Notes: generated from the letters alone by a model not told the origin. A DNA stretch of 64,000 nucleotides from Myxococcota bacterium (GCA_965250285.1 OZ252299.1:6144001-6208000); one strand, 5' to 3'. Shown: positions 28,601 through 39,440, numbered from the stretch's first letter. A program made the numbers and translations.

Positions 28601-29280
28601 GTCGAGAGCACTTTCGCACGGCGACCATCTACGGGTTCCCTCGCGCGGGCCAGCTGCCCTCGCAGGTCATTGCCGAAGCGAGGCCAGGCATCGAGGCATT
28701 CCGCGAGAAGCTGCCGCCGGGCTACTTCCTGCAGATCGGCGGCGAGCAGTACAAGCAGGAAGACGGCTTTCGCAACATGACCCAGGTGCTCGTCGTGTCG
28801 ATCGTCTGCATCTTCGTGGCCCTGGTGTTCCAGCTGGGCAGCCTGGTCAAGCCGTGGATCGTCTTCGCCGGGGTCCCCTTCGGTTTCGCTGGCGGCGTCG
28901 TCATGCTGAACCTGACGGGCGAACCGTTCGGCTTCATGGCCTTCCTTGGGCTCGTGAGCCTCGTCGGGGTCATCGTGAGCCACATCATCGTGCTGAACGA
29001 CTTCATCGAGGAGATGCTCGCCCGCGGTGAGCCGCTCGTGCAGTCGCTGCTCGATGCGGGCCTCATGCGTCTGCGCCCCGTGCTGATCACCGTTGCGGCG
29101 ACATTGCTCGCGCTCTTCCCGCTCGCCCGCGACGGCGGCCCCCTCTGGCAGCCGCTCTGCTTCGCGCAGATCGGCGGGCTCGCGGTCGCGAGCCTGATTT
29201 CGTTGTTGATCGTACCGGTGCTCTACGCGATCTGTGCCCTCGATCTGAAGATCATCGATCACGCCGACCGCCAGGCGTGA
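25612..29280 (+). CDS. RND efflux permease (AcrB/AcrD/AcrF family), 1222 aa
   Basis: WPGVEAERIELLVTRPIE, ALGLLVDDPVV, RLRPVLIT, LIVPVLY; two TM bundles with periplasmic loops. Confidence 0.9.
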   Translation: MSGDAPASPGPDTGPPNDGWPPERIAATHNVARFFVENRAVSWVLMIAVIGFGLFGYDSMPKQKDPEIPVRVAVAKTPWPGVEAERIELLVTRPIEEKMAENSDIYPSTPTDFGIQSLTLPGLSIVQVQLDDRLSGEELAVQLNDIDLRLKQLNASLPEGAGPIQWDSGFGETAALMLTIASPPERPVAIDLRARSVADAIRGLRARASSPDERMSVVVMLPRMGDGRALEPAARLAGRRLVSLGLARDPRSLVGPGFAVLDFATSRPKDEMLTAVQDIASRDLHLTRAHPDAWDPVVVRDPDELAAALAKSPGARFTYQELDDASDLVSRQLQAVPQVSKVLRYGVIPRRVEIDYSQDQLVSRDISLRGIATILGQRNEVLGGGRMDASGSEIVVAPSGDFRALDEIGQVQIGQSRTGSPLTLSEVGDLKLSYLSPPTVINTLTHRDGGGTWRRNPAVTLAVQMRTGQQISKFSEQVNVELADLESRLPEELIFARTSDQPRQVEENIDLFMGALYEAILLVVIVALIGFRDWRSSLLLTISIPLTLAMTFGTISLLGVHLQQISIATLIIALGLLVDDPVVASDAIKLELGQGKPADIAAWLGPTKLARAILFATITNVAAYLPFLMLTGTSGEFLWSLPVVMATALISSRIVSMTFLPFLAYHLLRKPTKPEPTMEERRTQGWSGRYYAFVRTCLTHRWLVLGIAVTLMVAGLSTGRNLVTSFFPTDVQYLFTIDVWAPVAYGVPRTDGVAHNVGEIVKDVIAEERQAGRIQGDLVGITTFSGAGGPRFWQTVTPELNQTNYAQLIVEVENKEDTPLIVPLIQDQIDVRIPGAWIDVRQLQLNPVQQPVALLLSSRDDPGDWHSEEDFDTLRRLSDELIDVLRAAPSVVRVRSDWLEERYQVNVEVDPDQANLSGISNVDVAQSIQAAYEGLPVSSLHLGHQDIPVLLRMKAWERPGAHELGTLYVYPSAGGDAVPLDAFSAIVPTLATERVHRREHFRTATIYGFPRAGQLPSQVIAEARPGIEAFREKLPPGYFLQIGGEQYKQEDGFRNMTQVLVVSIVCIFVALVFQLGSLVKPWIVFAGVPFGFAGGVVMLNLTGEPFGFMAFLGLVSLVGVIVSHIIVLNDFIEEMLARGEPLVQSLLDAGLMRLRPVLITVAATLLALFPLARDGGPLWQPLCFAQIGGLAVASLISLLIVPVLYAICALDLKIIDHADRQA

Positions 29281-29361
29281 GCCCGCCACCGCGTCGTCCG
29301 TGCTCGATCGGCCGAGAGTTCGAGTCGAGGGCCACGGGCGAGAGCGTCAGGAACCGAAGCC

Positions 29362-29676
29362 ATGGTCGTCGACTTCATCGTCGCGCACATCAGCATCACG
29401 TATAAGTTCATCTGGCTGATCGCCACACTCCTCGTGGTCGTTTTCGTCGCCGCCGCCGCGATCGCCCGGATCGATCGCATCAGCTTCGAGGACGCGCTCT
29501 ACTTCTCGTTGATTACCGCGTTGACGGTGGGCTTCGGTGAGATCACACCGAAGAGTCGGGCGTCGCGCGTACTGGCCGTCCTTCTCTCGCTGATCGGCGT
29601 GCTCTTCACAGGCCTCGCCGTGGCTGCCGCGGTGCACTCGATGCAGGTCGCGCTCGGCACGGCGAACCCCGTCTAG
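29362..29676 (+). CDS. Two-TM potassium channel family protein
   Basis: TM-pore-TM with DALYFSLITALTVGFGEITP filter region. Confidence 0.85.
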   Translation: MVVDFIVAHISITYKFIWLIATLLVVVFVAAAAIARIDRISFEDALYFSLITALTVGFGEITPKSRASRVLAVLLSLIGVLFTGLAVAAAVHSMQVALGTANPV

Positions 29677-29790
29677 TCGTCACGCTCCGCCGCGCGATCG
29701 CCCTGGATCTGTGTCACCTTCGAATGCACCGAACGCCGTGCGTGGCTCACCCGAGACGCCTGCTGCTGCTCGGCTTGACGGAGGGACCCG

Positions 29791-31290
29791 GTGAAAGAGT
29801 TCATCCTCGCGCTGGATCAGGGCACGACGTCGTCTCGCGCGCTGGTCTTCGACCACGGGGGCAACGTGGTCGCGCTCGATCAGTACGAGTTCCCACAGCA
29901 TTTTCGTCAGCCCGGCTGGGTCGAGCACGACGCCGAAGAGATCTGGGATTCGCAGCTGCGCGCCGCTCGCGGGGCGATCGAGAAAGCCGGGATCACGGCC
30001 GAGCAGGTCGCGGCGGTCGGCATCACGAACCAGCGCGAGACGGCGGTCGTCTGGGAGCGCGACTCAGGGCGCGCGATCCACCCGGCGATCGTCTGGCAGT
30101 CGCGCCAGACCGCCGGGATCTGCGAGGGACTGCGCGAACGCGGTCTCGAAGCCGAGGTCAAGGCGCGTACGGGCCTCGTGATCGACTCGTACTTCTCGGG
30201 CACGAAGGTGCGCTTCATCCTCGACGCAGTCGACGGCGCGCAGGCGCGCGCCGAAAGAGGCGAGCTCTGCTTCGGCACCATCGACGCGTTCCTCCTCTAC
30301 CGCCTGACGGGCGGGCGTGTCCATGCGACCGAGTACTCGAACGCGTCGCGCACGCTGCTCTACGACATCCACGCGCTCGAGTGGAGCGACACGATGCTCG
30401 ATGCCCTCGAGGTGCCGAGGGCGATGCTGCCCGAGGTGCGCGACTCGAGTGGCGTGTTCGGTTCGACGTCGAAGGAGTGGCTCGGAGCCGAGTTGCCCGT
30501 CGCGGGGATCGCGGGCGACCAGCAGTCGGCGCTCTTCGGCCAAGGCTGCTTCGAGCCGGGCTCACTCAAGAACACGTATGGCACGGGCTGCTTCCTGCTC
30601 ATGAATACCGGCACCGAGGCGCGCGCGAGCGAGAACGGCCTGCTCACGACGCTGGCCTGGGGGCTCGAGGGCCGGGTCGAGTACGCACTCGAAGGCAGCG
30701 TCTTCGTTGCAGGCGCAGCCGTGCAGTGGCTCCGCGATGGGCTCGAGCTGTTCGAGGATGCCGCCGAGACCGAGGCCATGGCGCGGTCGGTGGAGAACAC
30801 CGAGGGGGTCTACTTCGTGCCGGCGCTGACGGGGCTGGGCGCGCCGTACTGGGACGAGCGCGCGCGCGGCACGATCGTCGGGCTGACGCGAGGTACGAAA
30901 CGGGCGCACCTCGTGCGCGCCGCGCTCGAGTCGATCGCGTTCGGTTCGCGCGACGTGGTCGACTGCATGGCGCAGGATGCAGGGCTCTCGATCGACCACC
31001 TGCGGGTCGATGGCGGAGCGTCCCAGAACGACTTCCTGATGCAGTTCCAGGCCGATCTGCTCGGCGCCGTCGTCGATCGGCCGCCCGTGCTCGAGGTGAC
31101 GGCCTTTGGCGCCGCGGCGCTGGCGGGGCTCGCCGTCGGTTTCTGGCAAGACCGCGGCGACCTGCGCGCAAGCGCCGAAGCGTCGGGTGGGACGCGCTTC
31201 GAACCCGAGCTCGGCGAGGCCGAACGCGAGGCCGCGTATGCGCAGTGGAAGCGCGCGGTGGAGCGATCCCTCGACTGGGATCGGTCCTGA
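29791..31290 (+). CDS. glpK: Glycerol kinase
   Basis: ALDQGTTSSRA, GITNQRET, YFSGTK, GDQQSALFGQ, KNTYGTGCF, YALEGS, RVDGGA. Confidence 0.97.
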   Translation: MKEFILALDQGTTSSRALVFDHGGNVVALDQYEFPQHFRQPGWVEHDAEEIWDSQLRAARGAIEKAGITAEQVAAVGITNQRETAVVWERDSGRAIHPAIVWQSRQTAGICEGLRERGLEAEVKARTGLVIDSYFSGTKVRFILDAVDGAQARAERGELCFGTIDAFLLYRLTGGRVHATEYSNASRTLLYDIHALEWSDTMLDALEVPRAMLPEVRDSSGVFGSTSKEWLGAELPVAGIAGDQQSALFGQGCFEPGSLKNTYGTGCFLLMNTGTEARASENGLLTTLAWGLEGRVEYALEGSVFVAGAAVQWLRDGLELFEDAAETEAMARSVENTEGVYFVPALTGLGAPYWDERARGTIVGLTRGTKRAHLVRAALESIAFGSRDVVDCMAQDAGLSIDHLRVDGGASQNDFLMQFQADLLGAVVDRPPVLEVTAFGAAALAGLAVGFWQDRGDLRASAEASGGTRFEPELGEAEREAAYAQWKRAVERSLDWDRS

Positions 31291-31292
31291 GC

Positions 31293-32072
31293 GTGAAAGG
31301 GGAGCGACTGGACCCGTCGAAGCCGCCCGTCGTGATCGCGCACCGCGGTGCGTCGGGGGAGCTGCCCGAGAACACGATGCCCGCCTATGAAAGCGCCGTC
31401 GCGCAGCGTGCGGACATGATCGAGATCGATCTGCACCTCACCACCGATCAGGCGATCGTGATCAGCCACGACGCCGAGCTCGATCACTTCGGGCGCAGCG
31501 GATTCATCGGCGATCTGAGCCGGGCCGACGTGGCCGAGCTCGACGCGGGGCGCTCGGGCGATGCGGGCCCCCTCGCCGTCCCCGAGCTGCCTGCCGTGCT
31601 CGACCAGTTCGGCCAGCGGGTGCCGTTCAACCTCGAGATCAAGCGGGGCGAGCACGCCGTGTATGCGGGTCTCGAAGCGATCGTCCTCGACCAGGTCAAA
31701 CGCCGCGGGCTGCTCGAGCCCACGCTCTTCTCGTCGTTCTTCGACCCGGTGCTGAGCGAGCTGCGACGCCTCGAGCCCGCTTCGAGGCTCGCGACGCTCG
31801 TCTCGCCACGTGCCCCCGAGCGCGCGTTCGAGCGTGCCGAGCAAGTCGGTGCCGAGGCGATCAATCCGCACTTCGTGCTCGCTTCGGGCGACTTCGTGAC
31901 CGAAGCCCACGCACGCGGCCTCGCGGTCTTCGTCTATACGGTCGACGACGAGGCGCAGATGGGTGAGCTGCTCGATCGCGGCGTCGACGGTCTCTTCACG
32001 AACTACCCCGCTCGCATGCGCGCGCTCGTCGATGGAGAGGCGGGCCAGGCGCGCTGGGGCGGCGGCGCATGA
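31293..32072 (+). CDS. Glycerophosphodiester phosphodiesterase
   Basis: IAHRGASGELPENT, IEIDLH, ISHD, NLEIK, YTVDD, GVDGLFTNYP. Confidence 0.9.
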   Translation: MKGERLDPSKPPVVIAHRGASGELPENTMPAYESAVAQRADMIEIDLHLTTDQAIVISHDAELDHFGRSGFIGDLSRADVAELDAGRSGDAGPLAVPELPAVLDQFGQRVPFNLEIKRGEHAVYAGLEAIVLDQVKRRGLLEPTLFSSFFDPVLSELRRLEPASRLATLVSPRAPERAFERAEQVGAEAINPHFVLASGDFVTEAHARGLAVFVYTVDDEAQMGELLDRGVDGLFTNYPARMRALVDGEAGQARWGGGA

Positions 32073-32328
32073 CGTCTGCCCGGACTCCCGGCGAATCTCG
32101 AACGCCGGTTGACTGATTGGCCACATCCGACGCGGGGCGGAGTCCTGCGCCACGCTCGAGCCCCGCAGGGCACGCGCTGGTACCGCGCAGGCCAGCGCTC
32201 AGGCGGGCCGGTTGGCGCCGTGCATCATTCCGCCTCGATCTGCGGCACGCACTCGATTCCGCCTTTGCTTCCGGGGGTTTGGAGCGGAGCCGCCCGGGCC
32301 GCGGTCGAGGGGCGGGAAACCGGCCCCG

Positions 32329-32357
32329 TTGACATTCCAAGGTCTCTGTAATAGGGT
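32329..32357 (+). promoter_or_regulatory. Sigma70-type promoter of gltBD
   Basis: TTGACA (32329-32334), 17-nt spacer, TAGGGT (32352-32357) in a locally AT-rich stretch. Confidence 0.65.
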
Positions 32358-32495
32358 GCTGATCTCCAAAAAACGTAAGGCGCGCGGCGACTTAGGGCTC
32401 GGGGACGACGGTCTGACCAGACCGGTCCCGGCTGCAACAAAGCGGCCCCTCGGTGCCGACCTGCGCGCCTCCGCACAGATTCGGATGCGATTCGC

Positions 32496-35400
32496 ATGAC
32501 TGATTTCGGTCTGCCCCCGAAACAGGGCCTCTACGACCCCGCGCTGGAGCACGACGCCTGCGGCATCGGCTTCGTCGCCGACATGAAGAACGGCGCAAGC
32601 CACGAGATCGTCGAGCAGGGCACGGCGATCCTCTGTCGCCTGACGCATCGCGGCGCGGCTCTCTCCGACGGCATGTCGGGCGATGGTGCCGGTCTGCTGA
32701 TGCAGACGCCCGACAAGTTCAATCGCAAGGTCGCCGACGCGGCCGGCTTCGGCCTGCCCGCACTGGGCCAGTACGCCACGGGTCACGTCTTCCTCGAGGT
32801 CGACGGCAGCCAGCGCCACTGGCAGCTCGCGAACATCGAAGAGACGATCGCCCAAGAGGGGCTCACGCTCATCGGTTGGCGCGACGTGCCGATCGACCCG
32901 GAGAAGATCGGTCACATCGCCCGGAGCGCGATGCCGCAGTTCCGCCAGGTCTTCATCGGCGCGCCCGAAGGCATGGATCAGGACGCGTTCGAGCGAAAGC
33001 TCTACGTCGTGCGTCGCCTCGCCGAGAAAGCGAACGCCGAGCGCGGGTTCTACTTCCACGTACCGAGCCTCTCGTCGCGCACGCTGCTCTTCAAGGGCAT
33101 GTTCCTCGCGCATCAGACGCCCGAGTTCTATCCCGATCTGCAGGATCCCGACGTCGAGAGCCGCTTTGCGCTCGTGCACCAGCGCTACTCGACGAACACG
33201 TTCCCGACCTGGGATCTCGCCCAGCCGTTCCGCTACCTCGCGCACAACGGTGAGATCAACACGATTCGCGGCAACGAGAACTGGATGAACGCGCGCCGCG
33301 CGTCGCTCGAGTCGAACCTCTTCGGCGACGACCTGAAGAAGCTCTTCCCGGTGATGATGCCCGGCACGAGCGACTCGGCCCGCTTCGACAACGCGCTCGA
33401 GTTCCTCTACCTGGGCGGACGCGATCTTCCCCACGCCATGATGATGATGATTCCCGAGGCGTGGGAGAACCAGGACAAGATGGACGCCGACCGGCGCGCC
33501 TTCTACGAGTACTACTCGTGCCTGATCGAGCCCTGGGACGGCCCCGCATCGATCACGTTTACCGACGGACGCGGCATCGGCGCGGTGCTCGACCGAAACG
33601 GCCTGCGACCCTCGCGGTACATCGTGACGAAGGACGGCCGGGTCGTGATGGGATCCGAGGTCGGCACCCTGCCGATCGAGCCCGAGAACATCGAGTACAA
33701 GGGACGCCTGCAGCCGGGCCGCACCTTCTACATCGACCTCGAAGAAGAGCGGATCATCGAGGACGACGAGCTCAAGGATCGCTACGTCCAGAGCAAGCCG
33801 TTCCGCACCTGGGTCGAGACGAACGCCATCCGCCTCGATTCCCTGGGCGCCGTCGAGCCGACCCATCGCCCGAACCCCGAGACGCTGCTCATGCGGCAGA
33901 AGACGTTCGGGTACACGATCGAGGATCTGAAGCTGCTCGTCGCCCCGATGCTGACGAACGGCAAGGAAGCCCTCGGCTCGATGGGTGAGGACGCGGCGCT
34001 GGCCTGTCTGAGCGACAAGCCGCGCATGCTCTACCACTACTTCAAGCAGAACTTCGCCCAGGTCACCAACCCGGCCATCGACTCGATCCGCGAGCGGCCG
34101 GTGATGACGATCCAGACCACGATCGGGCGCGAGCGCAACCTGCTCGACGAGACGCCCGAGCACGCGCGGCTGCTCCGCCTCGATCACCCGGTGCTGACCG
34201 ACCACCAGCTCGAGCGCATCCGCCAGAGCGACCTGGCCGACATCAAGTCGGTGACGCTGCCGATGGTCTACAAGGTGGCCGATGGTGGATCTGGCCTGAA
34301 GGCGGCGCTCGATGCGGTCTGCGAGCAGGCCGCCGCGGCGGTGGACGACGGCGCGACCGTCATCATCCTGAGCGATCGCAGCGTCAGCCCCGATCTCGCG
34401 CCGATCCCGGCGCTGCTCGCGACGGGCGCGGTGCACCACCACCTGATCCGTTGCGAGACGCGCACCCGCGCGGGCATCGTCATCGAGACGGGCGAAGCCC
34501 GGGAGGTGGCACATTTCGCGCTGCTGATCGGCTACGGCGCCGCGGCGATCAACCCCTATCTCGCGCTCGAGAGTGCGGCCAAGCTCGTCGATGATGCGAC
34601 GTTCGTGCCCGAGGATCTGACGTACGAGAAGGCCATCGCCAACTACCTGAAGGCGATCGACTTCGGCCTGCTGAAGATCTTCGGCAAGATGGGCATCTCG
34701 ACGCTCCGCAGCTATCGCGGCGCTCAGATCTACGAAGCGGTCGGCCTCGGGGGCGAGGTGATCGACTTCGCGTTCGCCGGCACGCACTCGCGGGTCAAGG
34801 GCGTCGGCTTCGAGGTGCTCGCGCGCGAGGCGCAGATGCGGCACGCCGAGGGCTTCGCGGGCGACGAGTACGAGTACCCCGAGCTCGATCCCGGTGGCCT
34901 CTACCAGTGGCGCCTCCGCGGCGAGCAGCACACGTTCAACCCCGACTCGGTCTCGAAGCTGCAGCACTCGGTGCGGCAGGAGTCGTGGCAGAGCTATCGC
35001 GAGTACGCGCGGGCGGCGGACGACGACGCGGTGCGGCTCCGCACTCTGCGCGGTCTGCTCGACTTCGAATTCATCGGCAACCCCGTTCCGATCGATCAAG
35101 TCGAGCCCGCCAGCGAGATCGTCAAGCGCTTCTGTACGGGCGCGATGAGCTACGGCTCGATCTCGGCCGAAGCGCACGAGACGCTCGCCATTGCCATGAA
35201 CCGCCTCGGCGGACGGAGCAACACCGGCGAGGGCGGCGAAGACCCCGATCGGTGGACCCCGGACGACAACGGCGATTCGCGCCGCAGCGCGATCAAGCAG
35301 GTGGCTTCGGGCCGCTTCGGCGTGACCAGTGCCTATCTCGCGAACTCGGACGAGATGCAGATCAAGATCGCCCAGGGCGCGAAGCCCGGTGAGGGCGGCG

Positions 35401-36986
35401 AGCTGCCGGGGCACAAGGTCGACGAGATCATCGCGAAGACCCGGTACTCGACGCCGGGCGTCGGCCTGACGTCGCCGCCGCCGCACCACGACATCTACTC
35501 GATCGAGGATCTCTCGCAGCTGATCCACGACCTGAAGAACGCGAACCGCTACGGCAACGTGAGCGTGAAGCTCGTCAGCGAGACCGGCGTGGGCACGATC
35601 GCCGCGGGCGTCTCGAAGGGCAAGAGCGACCTCGTGCTGATCTCCGGCCATGACGGCGGTACGGGGGCCTCGCCCCAGACGTCGATCAAGTATGCGGGCT
35701 GCCCGTGGGAGATCGGTCTGGCCGAGACGCAGCAGACCCTCGTCCTGAACGATCTCCGCGGTCGCATCCGGCTGCAGGTCGACGGCGGTTTCAAGACCGG
35801 GCGCGATGTCGTGATCGGGGCGCTGCTCGGTGCCGACGAGTTTGGCTTCGCGACCGCGCCGCTCGTGGCGATGGGCTGCATCCTGATGCGCGTCTGTCAC
35901 CTGAACACGTGCCCGGTCGGCATCGCGACGCAGCGCATGGAGCTGCGCGAGCGGTTTGCCGGCACGGCGGATCACGTCACCCGCTTCTTCACGTATCTCG
36001 CCGAAGAGGTGCGCGAGTACATGTCGAAGCTCGGCTTCCGCACCTTCGACGAGATGATCGGTCAGACCCAGAAGCTCAAGATGCGCGACGGCATCACGCA
36101 CTGGAAGGCGAAGCATGTCGATCTGACCGACCTGCTCTACAAGCCCGAGGTCGATCACGACCTGTACCACACGTCGTTCCAGGATCATGGCCTCGACGAG
36201 GCGCTCGACCACAAGCTGCTCGACCTTGCGGCGCCCGCGCTCGAGCGCGGCGATAAGGTCAAGATCGAGCTGCCGATCCAGAACATCGACCGCACGGTCG
36301 GCACGATCCTCGGCAACGAGATCAGCCGCAAGTACGGGCTCGATGCGTTGCCCGAGGACACGATCGAGATTCTCTTCACCGGCTCGGCCGGTCAGAGTCT
36401 CGGTGCGTGGCTGCCGAAGGGGGTGACCATCACCGTCGACGGCGACGCCAACGACTACACCGGCAAGGGGCTGTCGGGCGGCAAGGTGATCGTACGCGTG
36501 CCCGAGAGCTCGAGCTTCGAGCCTGGCGACAACATCATCGCCGGCAACGTACTTCTGTATGGCGCGACGGGCGGTGAGGCCTACTTCCACGGGGTCGTTG
36601 GCGAGCGCTTCTGCGTCCGCAACAGCGGGGCCCACGCGGTGGTCGAGGGCGTTGGCGATCACGGCTGCGAGTACATGACCGGAGGCCGGGCCATCATTCT
36701 CGGCCCCACCGGGTTGAACTTCGCCGCGGGCATGAGTGGCGGCATCGCGTTCGTGCTGGATGAGTCGGGTGACTTCCGCGAGAAGGTCCACAACGACCTG
36801 ATCGACTTCGATCCGCTCGACGATGGCGATGTCGACTACATCCAGCGACAGCTCCGCAAGCACTTCCAGTACACGCGCAGCAAGCGTGCCGACGAGGTGC
36901 TTCGCAAGTGGGAGACCTTCGCTCCGAAGTTCGTGAAGGTGTTCCCCCAGGAGTACAAGGCTGCGCTCGAGAAGATGAAGGGCTGA
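32496..36986 (+). CDS. gltB: Glutamate synthase large subunit
   Basis: EHDACGIG (N-terminal Cys nucleophile), [59 protein letters not shown]. Confidence 0.98.
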   Translation: MTDFGLPPKQGLYDPALEHDACGIGFVADMKNGASHEIVEQGTAILCRLTHRGAALSDGMSGDGAGLLMQTPDKFNRKVADAAGFGLPALGQYATGHVFLEVDGSQRHWQLANIEETIAQEGLTLIGWRDVPIDPEKIGHIARSAMPQFRQVFIGAPEGMDQDAFERKLYVVRRLAEKANAERGFYFHVPSLSSRTLLFKGMFLAHQTPEFYPDLQDPDVESRFALVHQRYSTNTFPTWDLAQPFRYLAHNGEINTIRGNENWMNARRASLESNLFGDDLKKLFPVMMPGTSDSARFDNALEFLYLGGRDLPHAMMMMIPEAWENQDKMDADRRAFYEYYSCLIEPWDGPASITFTDGRGIGAVLDRNGLRPSRYIVTKDGRVVMGSEVGTLPIEPENIEYKGRLQPGRTFYIDLEEERIIEDDELKDRYVQSKPFRTWVETNAIRLDSLGAVEPTHRPNPETLLMRQKTFGYTIEDLKLLVAPMLTNGKEALGSMGEDAALACLSDKPRMLYHYFKQNFAQVTNPAIDSIRERPVMTIQTTIGRERNLLDETPEHARLLRLDHPVLTDHQLERIRQSDLADIKSVTLPMVYKVADGGSGLKAALDAVCEQAAAAVDDGATVIILSDRSVSPDLAPIPALLATGAVHHHLIRCETRTRAGIVIETGEAREVAHFALLIGYGAAAINPYLALESAAKLVDDATFVPEDLTYEKAIANYLKAIDFGLLKIFGKMGISTLRSYRGAQIYEAVGLGGEVIDFAFAGTHSRVKGVGFEVLAREAQMRHAEGFAGDEYEYPELDPGGLYQWRLRGEQHTFNPDSVSKLQHSVRQESWQSYREYARAADDDAVRLRTLRGLLDFEFIGNPVPIDQVEPASEIVKRFCTGAMSYGSISAEAHETLAIAMNRLGGRSNTGEGGEDPDRWTPDDNGDSRRSAIKQVASGRFGVTSAYLANSDEMQIKIAQGAKPGEGGELPGHKVDEIIAKTRYSTPGVGLTSPPPHHDIYSIEDLSQLIHDLKNANRYGNVSVKLVSETGVGTIAAGVSKGKSDLVLISGHDGGTGASPQTSIKYAGCPWEIGLAETQQTLVLNDLRGRIRLQVDGGFKTGRDVVIGALLGADEFGFATAPLVAMGCILMRVCHLNTCPVGIATQRMELRERFAGTADHVTRFFTYLAEEVREYMSKLGFRTFDEMIGQTQKLKMRDGITHWKAKHVDLTDLLYKPEVDHDLYHTSFQDHGLDEALDHKLLDLAAPALERGDKVKIELPIQNIDRTVGTILGNEISRKYGLDALPEDTIEILFTGSAGQSLGAWLPKGVTITVDGDANDYTGKGLSGGKVIVRVPESSSFEPGDNIIAGNVLLYGATGGEAYFHGVVGERFCVRNSGAHAVVEGVGDHGCEYMTGGRAIILGPTGLNFAAGMSGGIAFVLDESGDFREKVHNDLIDFDPLDDGDVDYIQRQLRKHFQYTRSKRADEVLRKWETFAPKFVKVFPQEYKAALEKMKG

Positions 36987-37033
36987 GGGTCGAGCGGTCG
37001 GGCGAGGGGCGCGTCTGCGCACGCGACCACGCC

Positions 37034-37144
37034 GTGACACGAATGCGGGCCAAGCCCGCGCGATCATGCCATGACACGAACGCGGGCCCGGCCCGCGCGA
37101 TCACGGCTTGACACCAACGCGGGCCCGGCCCGCGCGAGACGGAC
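37034..37144 (+). repeat. Three 37-bp imperfect palindromic (REP-like) repeats between gltB and gltD
   Basis: Units at 37034, 37071, 37108: NTGACAC(G/C)AA(T/C)GCGGGC-C(AA/CG)-GCCCGCGCGA; each forms a GCGGGC/GCCCGC hairpin. Confidence 0.85.
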
Positions 37145-37151
37145 GGACGAG

Positions 37152-38642
37152 ATGGGCAAGGCCACGGGATTCCTCGAAGAGAAGCGAAGGGCCTTCACCT
37201 ACCGCGACGAGAAGGAGCGGGTGGGTGACTGGAACCAGGTCATGGAGGTGGTGCCCGACGAGGTGCTGCAGAACCAGGCCTCGCGCTGCATGGATTGCGG
37301 TGTGCCCTTCTGCACGAACCCGAACTCGGGCCGCGGCGGCTGCCCGCTCGGCAACATCATTCCCGACTGGAACGACCTCGTGTATCGGGGCAAGTGGGAG
37401 GACGCGATTTCGCGCCTCCACTCGACGAACAACTTCCCCGAGTTCACCGGCACGATCTGCCCCGCGCCCTGCGAGGCCGCCTGCGTGCTCGGGATCAACG
37501 ACGACCCGGTCACGATCAAATCGGTCGAGCTGAAGACGATCAACCACGCCTGGGAGCAGGGCTGGGTCAAACCGGTGATCCCGGAAGTGCGCAGCGGCCG
37601 CTCGGTCGCGGTCGTGGGCAGCGGACCGGCGGGGCTCGCGGCGGCGCAGCAGCTGTGTCGCGCAGGCCACAGCGTGACCGTGTTCGAGAAGGCGGACCGC
37701 ATCGGCGGTCTGCTCCGCTACGGCATTCCTGAATTCAAGCTCGAGAAGTGGGTGATCGACCGTCGCCTCGAGCAGATGAAGGCCGAGGGCGTCTCGTTCC
37801 AGACCGGCGTCGACGTCGGCAAGGACCTCACCGCTGCCGACCTGCGCAAGAGCTTCGATGCGGTGCTGCTCTGCATGGGCGCCGAACACTCGCGCGACCT
37901 GCCCGTCGAGGGGCGCGATCTCGACGGCATCGAGTACGCCATGGACTTCCTCCCCCAGGCCAACAAGCGCTGCCACGGCGACGTGATCGACGGTGACGAG
38001 GCGATCATGGCGACGGGCAAGAAGGTCGTGGTGCTGGGCGGCGGCGATACGGGCTCGGATTGTGTGGGGACTTCGCATCGACAGGGCGCGACCCAGGTCA
38101 CGTCGCTCGAGCTGTTGGCTCGGCCCCCGGCGGAGCGCGACCCTTCGACGCCCTGGCCCTCGTGGCCGCTCAAGTACAGCAGCTCGAGCTCTCACGACGA
38201 GGGCGGCAAGCGCGAGTACGCGATGATGACCAAGCGCTTCGTCGGCCAGGACGGGCGCCTCGTCGCGCTCGAGGGGGTCGAGGTGCGCTTCGGCAAGATC
38301 GACGAGACCGGCCGGCCGATGATGGAAGAGGTACCGGGCAGCGAGTTCCGGATCGAGGCCGATCTGGTGCTGCTCGCCCTGGGTTTCCTCGGCCCGGTTC
38401 ACGAAGGGCTGCTCGATGACCTCGGGGTGACCTACGATGGTCGGGGCAACATCCAGGCCGATACGCAGACGTACGTGACCAGTGAGCCGGGCATCTTCGC
38501 CGCCGGTGATTGCCGTCGCGGACAGTCGCTCGTCGTGTGGGCGATCGCCGAGGGCCGCGAAGCGGCGCGCGAGGTCGATCGCTACCTCACGGGGAGCTCA
38601 CGGCTGCAGTCGCGCGGGACGCCGGGGCACGCCCGCGGTTGA
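37152..38642 (+). CDS. gltD: Glutamate synthase small subunit
   Basis: [58 protein letters not shown]. Confidence 0.97.
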   Translation: MGKATGFLEEKRRAFTYRDEKERVGDWNQVMEVVPDEVLQNQASRCMDCGVPFCTNPNSGRGGCPLGNIIPDWNDLVYRGKWEDAISRLHSTNNFPEFTGTICPAPCEAACVLGINDDPVTIKSVELKTINHAWEQGWVKPVIPEVRSGRSVAVVGSGPAGLAAAQQLCRAGHSVTVFEKADRIGGLLRYGIPEFKLEKWVIDRRLEQMKAEGVSFQTGVDVGKDLTAADLRKSFDAVLLCMGAEHSRDLPVEGRDLDGIEYAMDFLPQANKRCHGDVIDGDEAIMATGKKVVVLGGGDTGSDCVGTSHRQGATQVTSLELLARPPAERDPSTPWPSWPLKYSSSSSHDEGGKREYAMMTKRFVGQDGRLVALEGVEVRFGKIDETGRPMMEEVPGSEFRIEADLVLLALGFLGPVHEGLLDDLGVTYDGRGNIQADTQTYVTSEPGIFAAGDCRRGQSLVVWAIAEGREAAREVDRYLTGSSRLQSRGTPGHARG

Positions 38643-39014
38643 TCCCACGCGGGCCGGTCCGTTCCCGGCGGTGCACACCGCTCCCATCCGGGCGTCGATC
38701 AACGCACCCACCTCACAGCCGATGCCGAACGCCGCCGCGCGCGGTCGGCGACACCACGCCGCGGCAGCGGGTTCCCGTACTGCGCCGGGTGATCGGCATG
38801 TCGGCATCCTCGAGGGCGTCGACCTCGGGCCGTGCGAGATGTGAGGACGACCACCGAACGCCGACCAAGCCCACACCGACGAGCGACGCCACAACGACGG
38901 TTTGCGTCACGTCGTGCCGGCGTGCATTCCGCGAACATGTCAGCCGCCGCTTTCTTTTTGCGAATCGAACACGCAGGCATCCACGCGCGGTGACGATCGT
39001 GGTAGGTTTGCTCC

Positions 39015-39440
39015 ATGAGCGCGAGCGCCTCTCGAAGTAAGCGAGCCCGCAACGAGAAGACCGACGACGTCGACGACCTCGAAGTCGATCGCCCCGAGCA
39101 CGATGTCGAGGCCGACGGCAACGCGGGTGCCGAGATGAAGACGATGCAGCCGCGACGGGGCGAAGGCCCCTACTCGATGGTGCGTCTCGAGCGCGCGGTG
39201 ACCGAGCTCGTCGAGGGGCAGGGTGCACTGATCGCCCGCATCGAGGCGCTCGAGCGGGCGCTGGCCGATCGTGATCGACTGGTCGAAGAGCTCGAGGCGC
39301 GCGTGAAGACGAGCGACGCGAAGCGCGCGAACGCACTCGAACGCATCGATCGGCTGATTGATGAGCTGGACGAGCTCGAAGGACGCGCCGAGTCGGCTGC
39401 GTTCGCTGCCGCTGAGCCTGCGCCTGGCGCAGACGGTTGA
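39015..39440 (+). CDS. Coiled-coil protein, ZapB-like
   Basis: Heptad-rich LERAVTELVE...ERIDRLIDELDEL directly upstream of zapA. Confidence 0.55.
   Translation: MSASASRSKRARNEKTDDVDDLEVDRPEHDVEADGNAGAEMKTMQPRRGEGPYSMVRLERAVTELVEGQGALIARIEALERALADRDRLVEELEARVKTSDAKRANALERIDRLIDELDELEGRAESAAFAAAEPAPGADG

Noticed and set aside
15615..29676. Island as a mobile element
   Set aside because: No integrase, transposase, tRNA site or flanking direct repeats seen.
29724..31292. 782-aa ORF as GDPD with long N-terminus
   Set aside because: Arg-rich off-frame overlap of glpK; the real domain begins near 31293.
32199..37067. 1622-aa minus-strand ORF and similar long antisense ORFs (25609-28398, 60771-63617, 343-1881)
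   Set aside because: Shadow frames of real genes, typical for high-GC DNA; no motifs.
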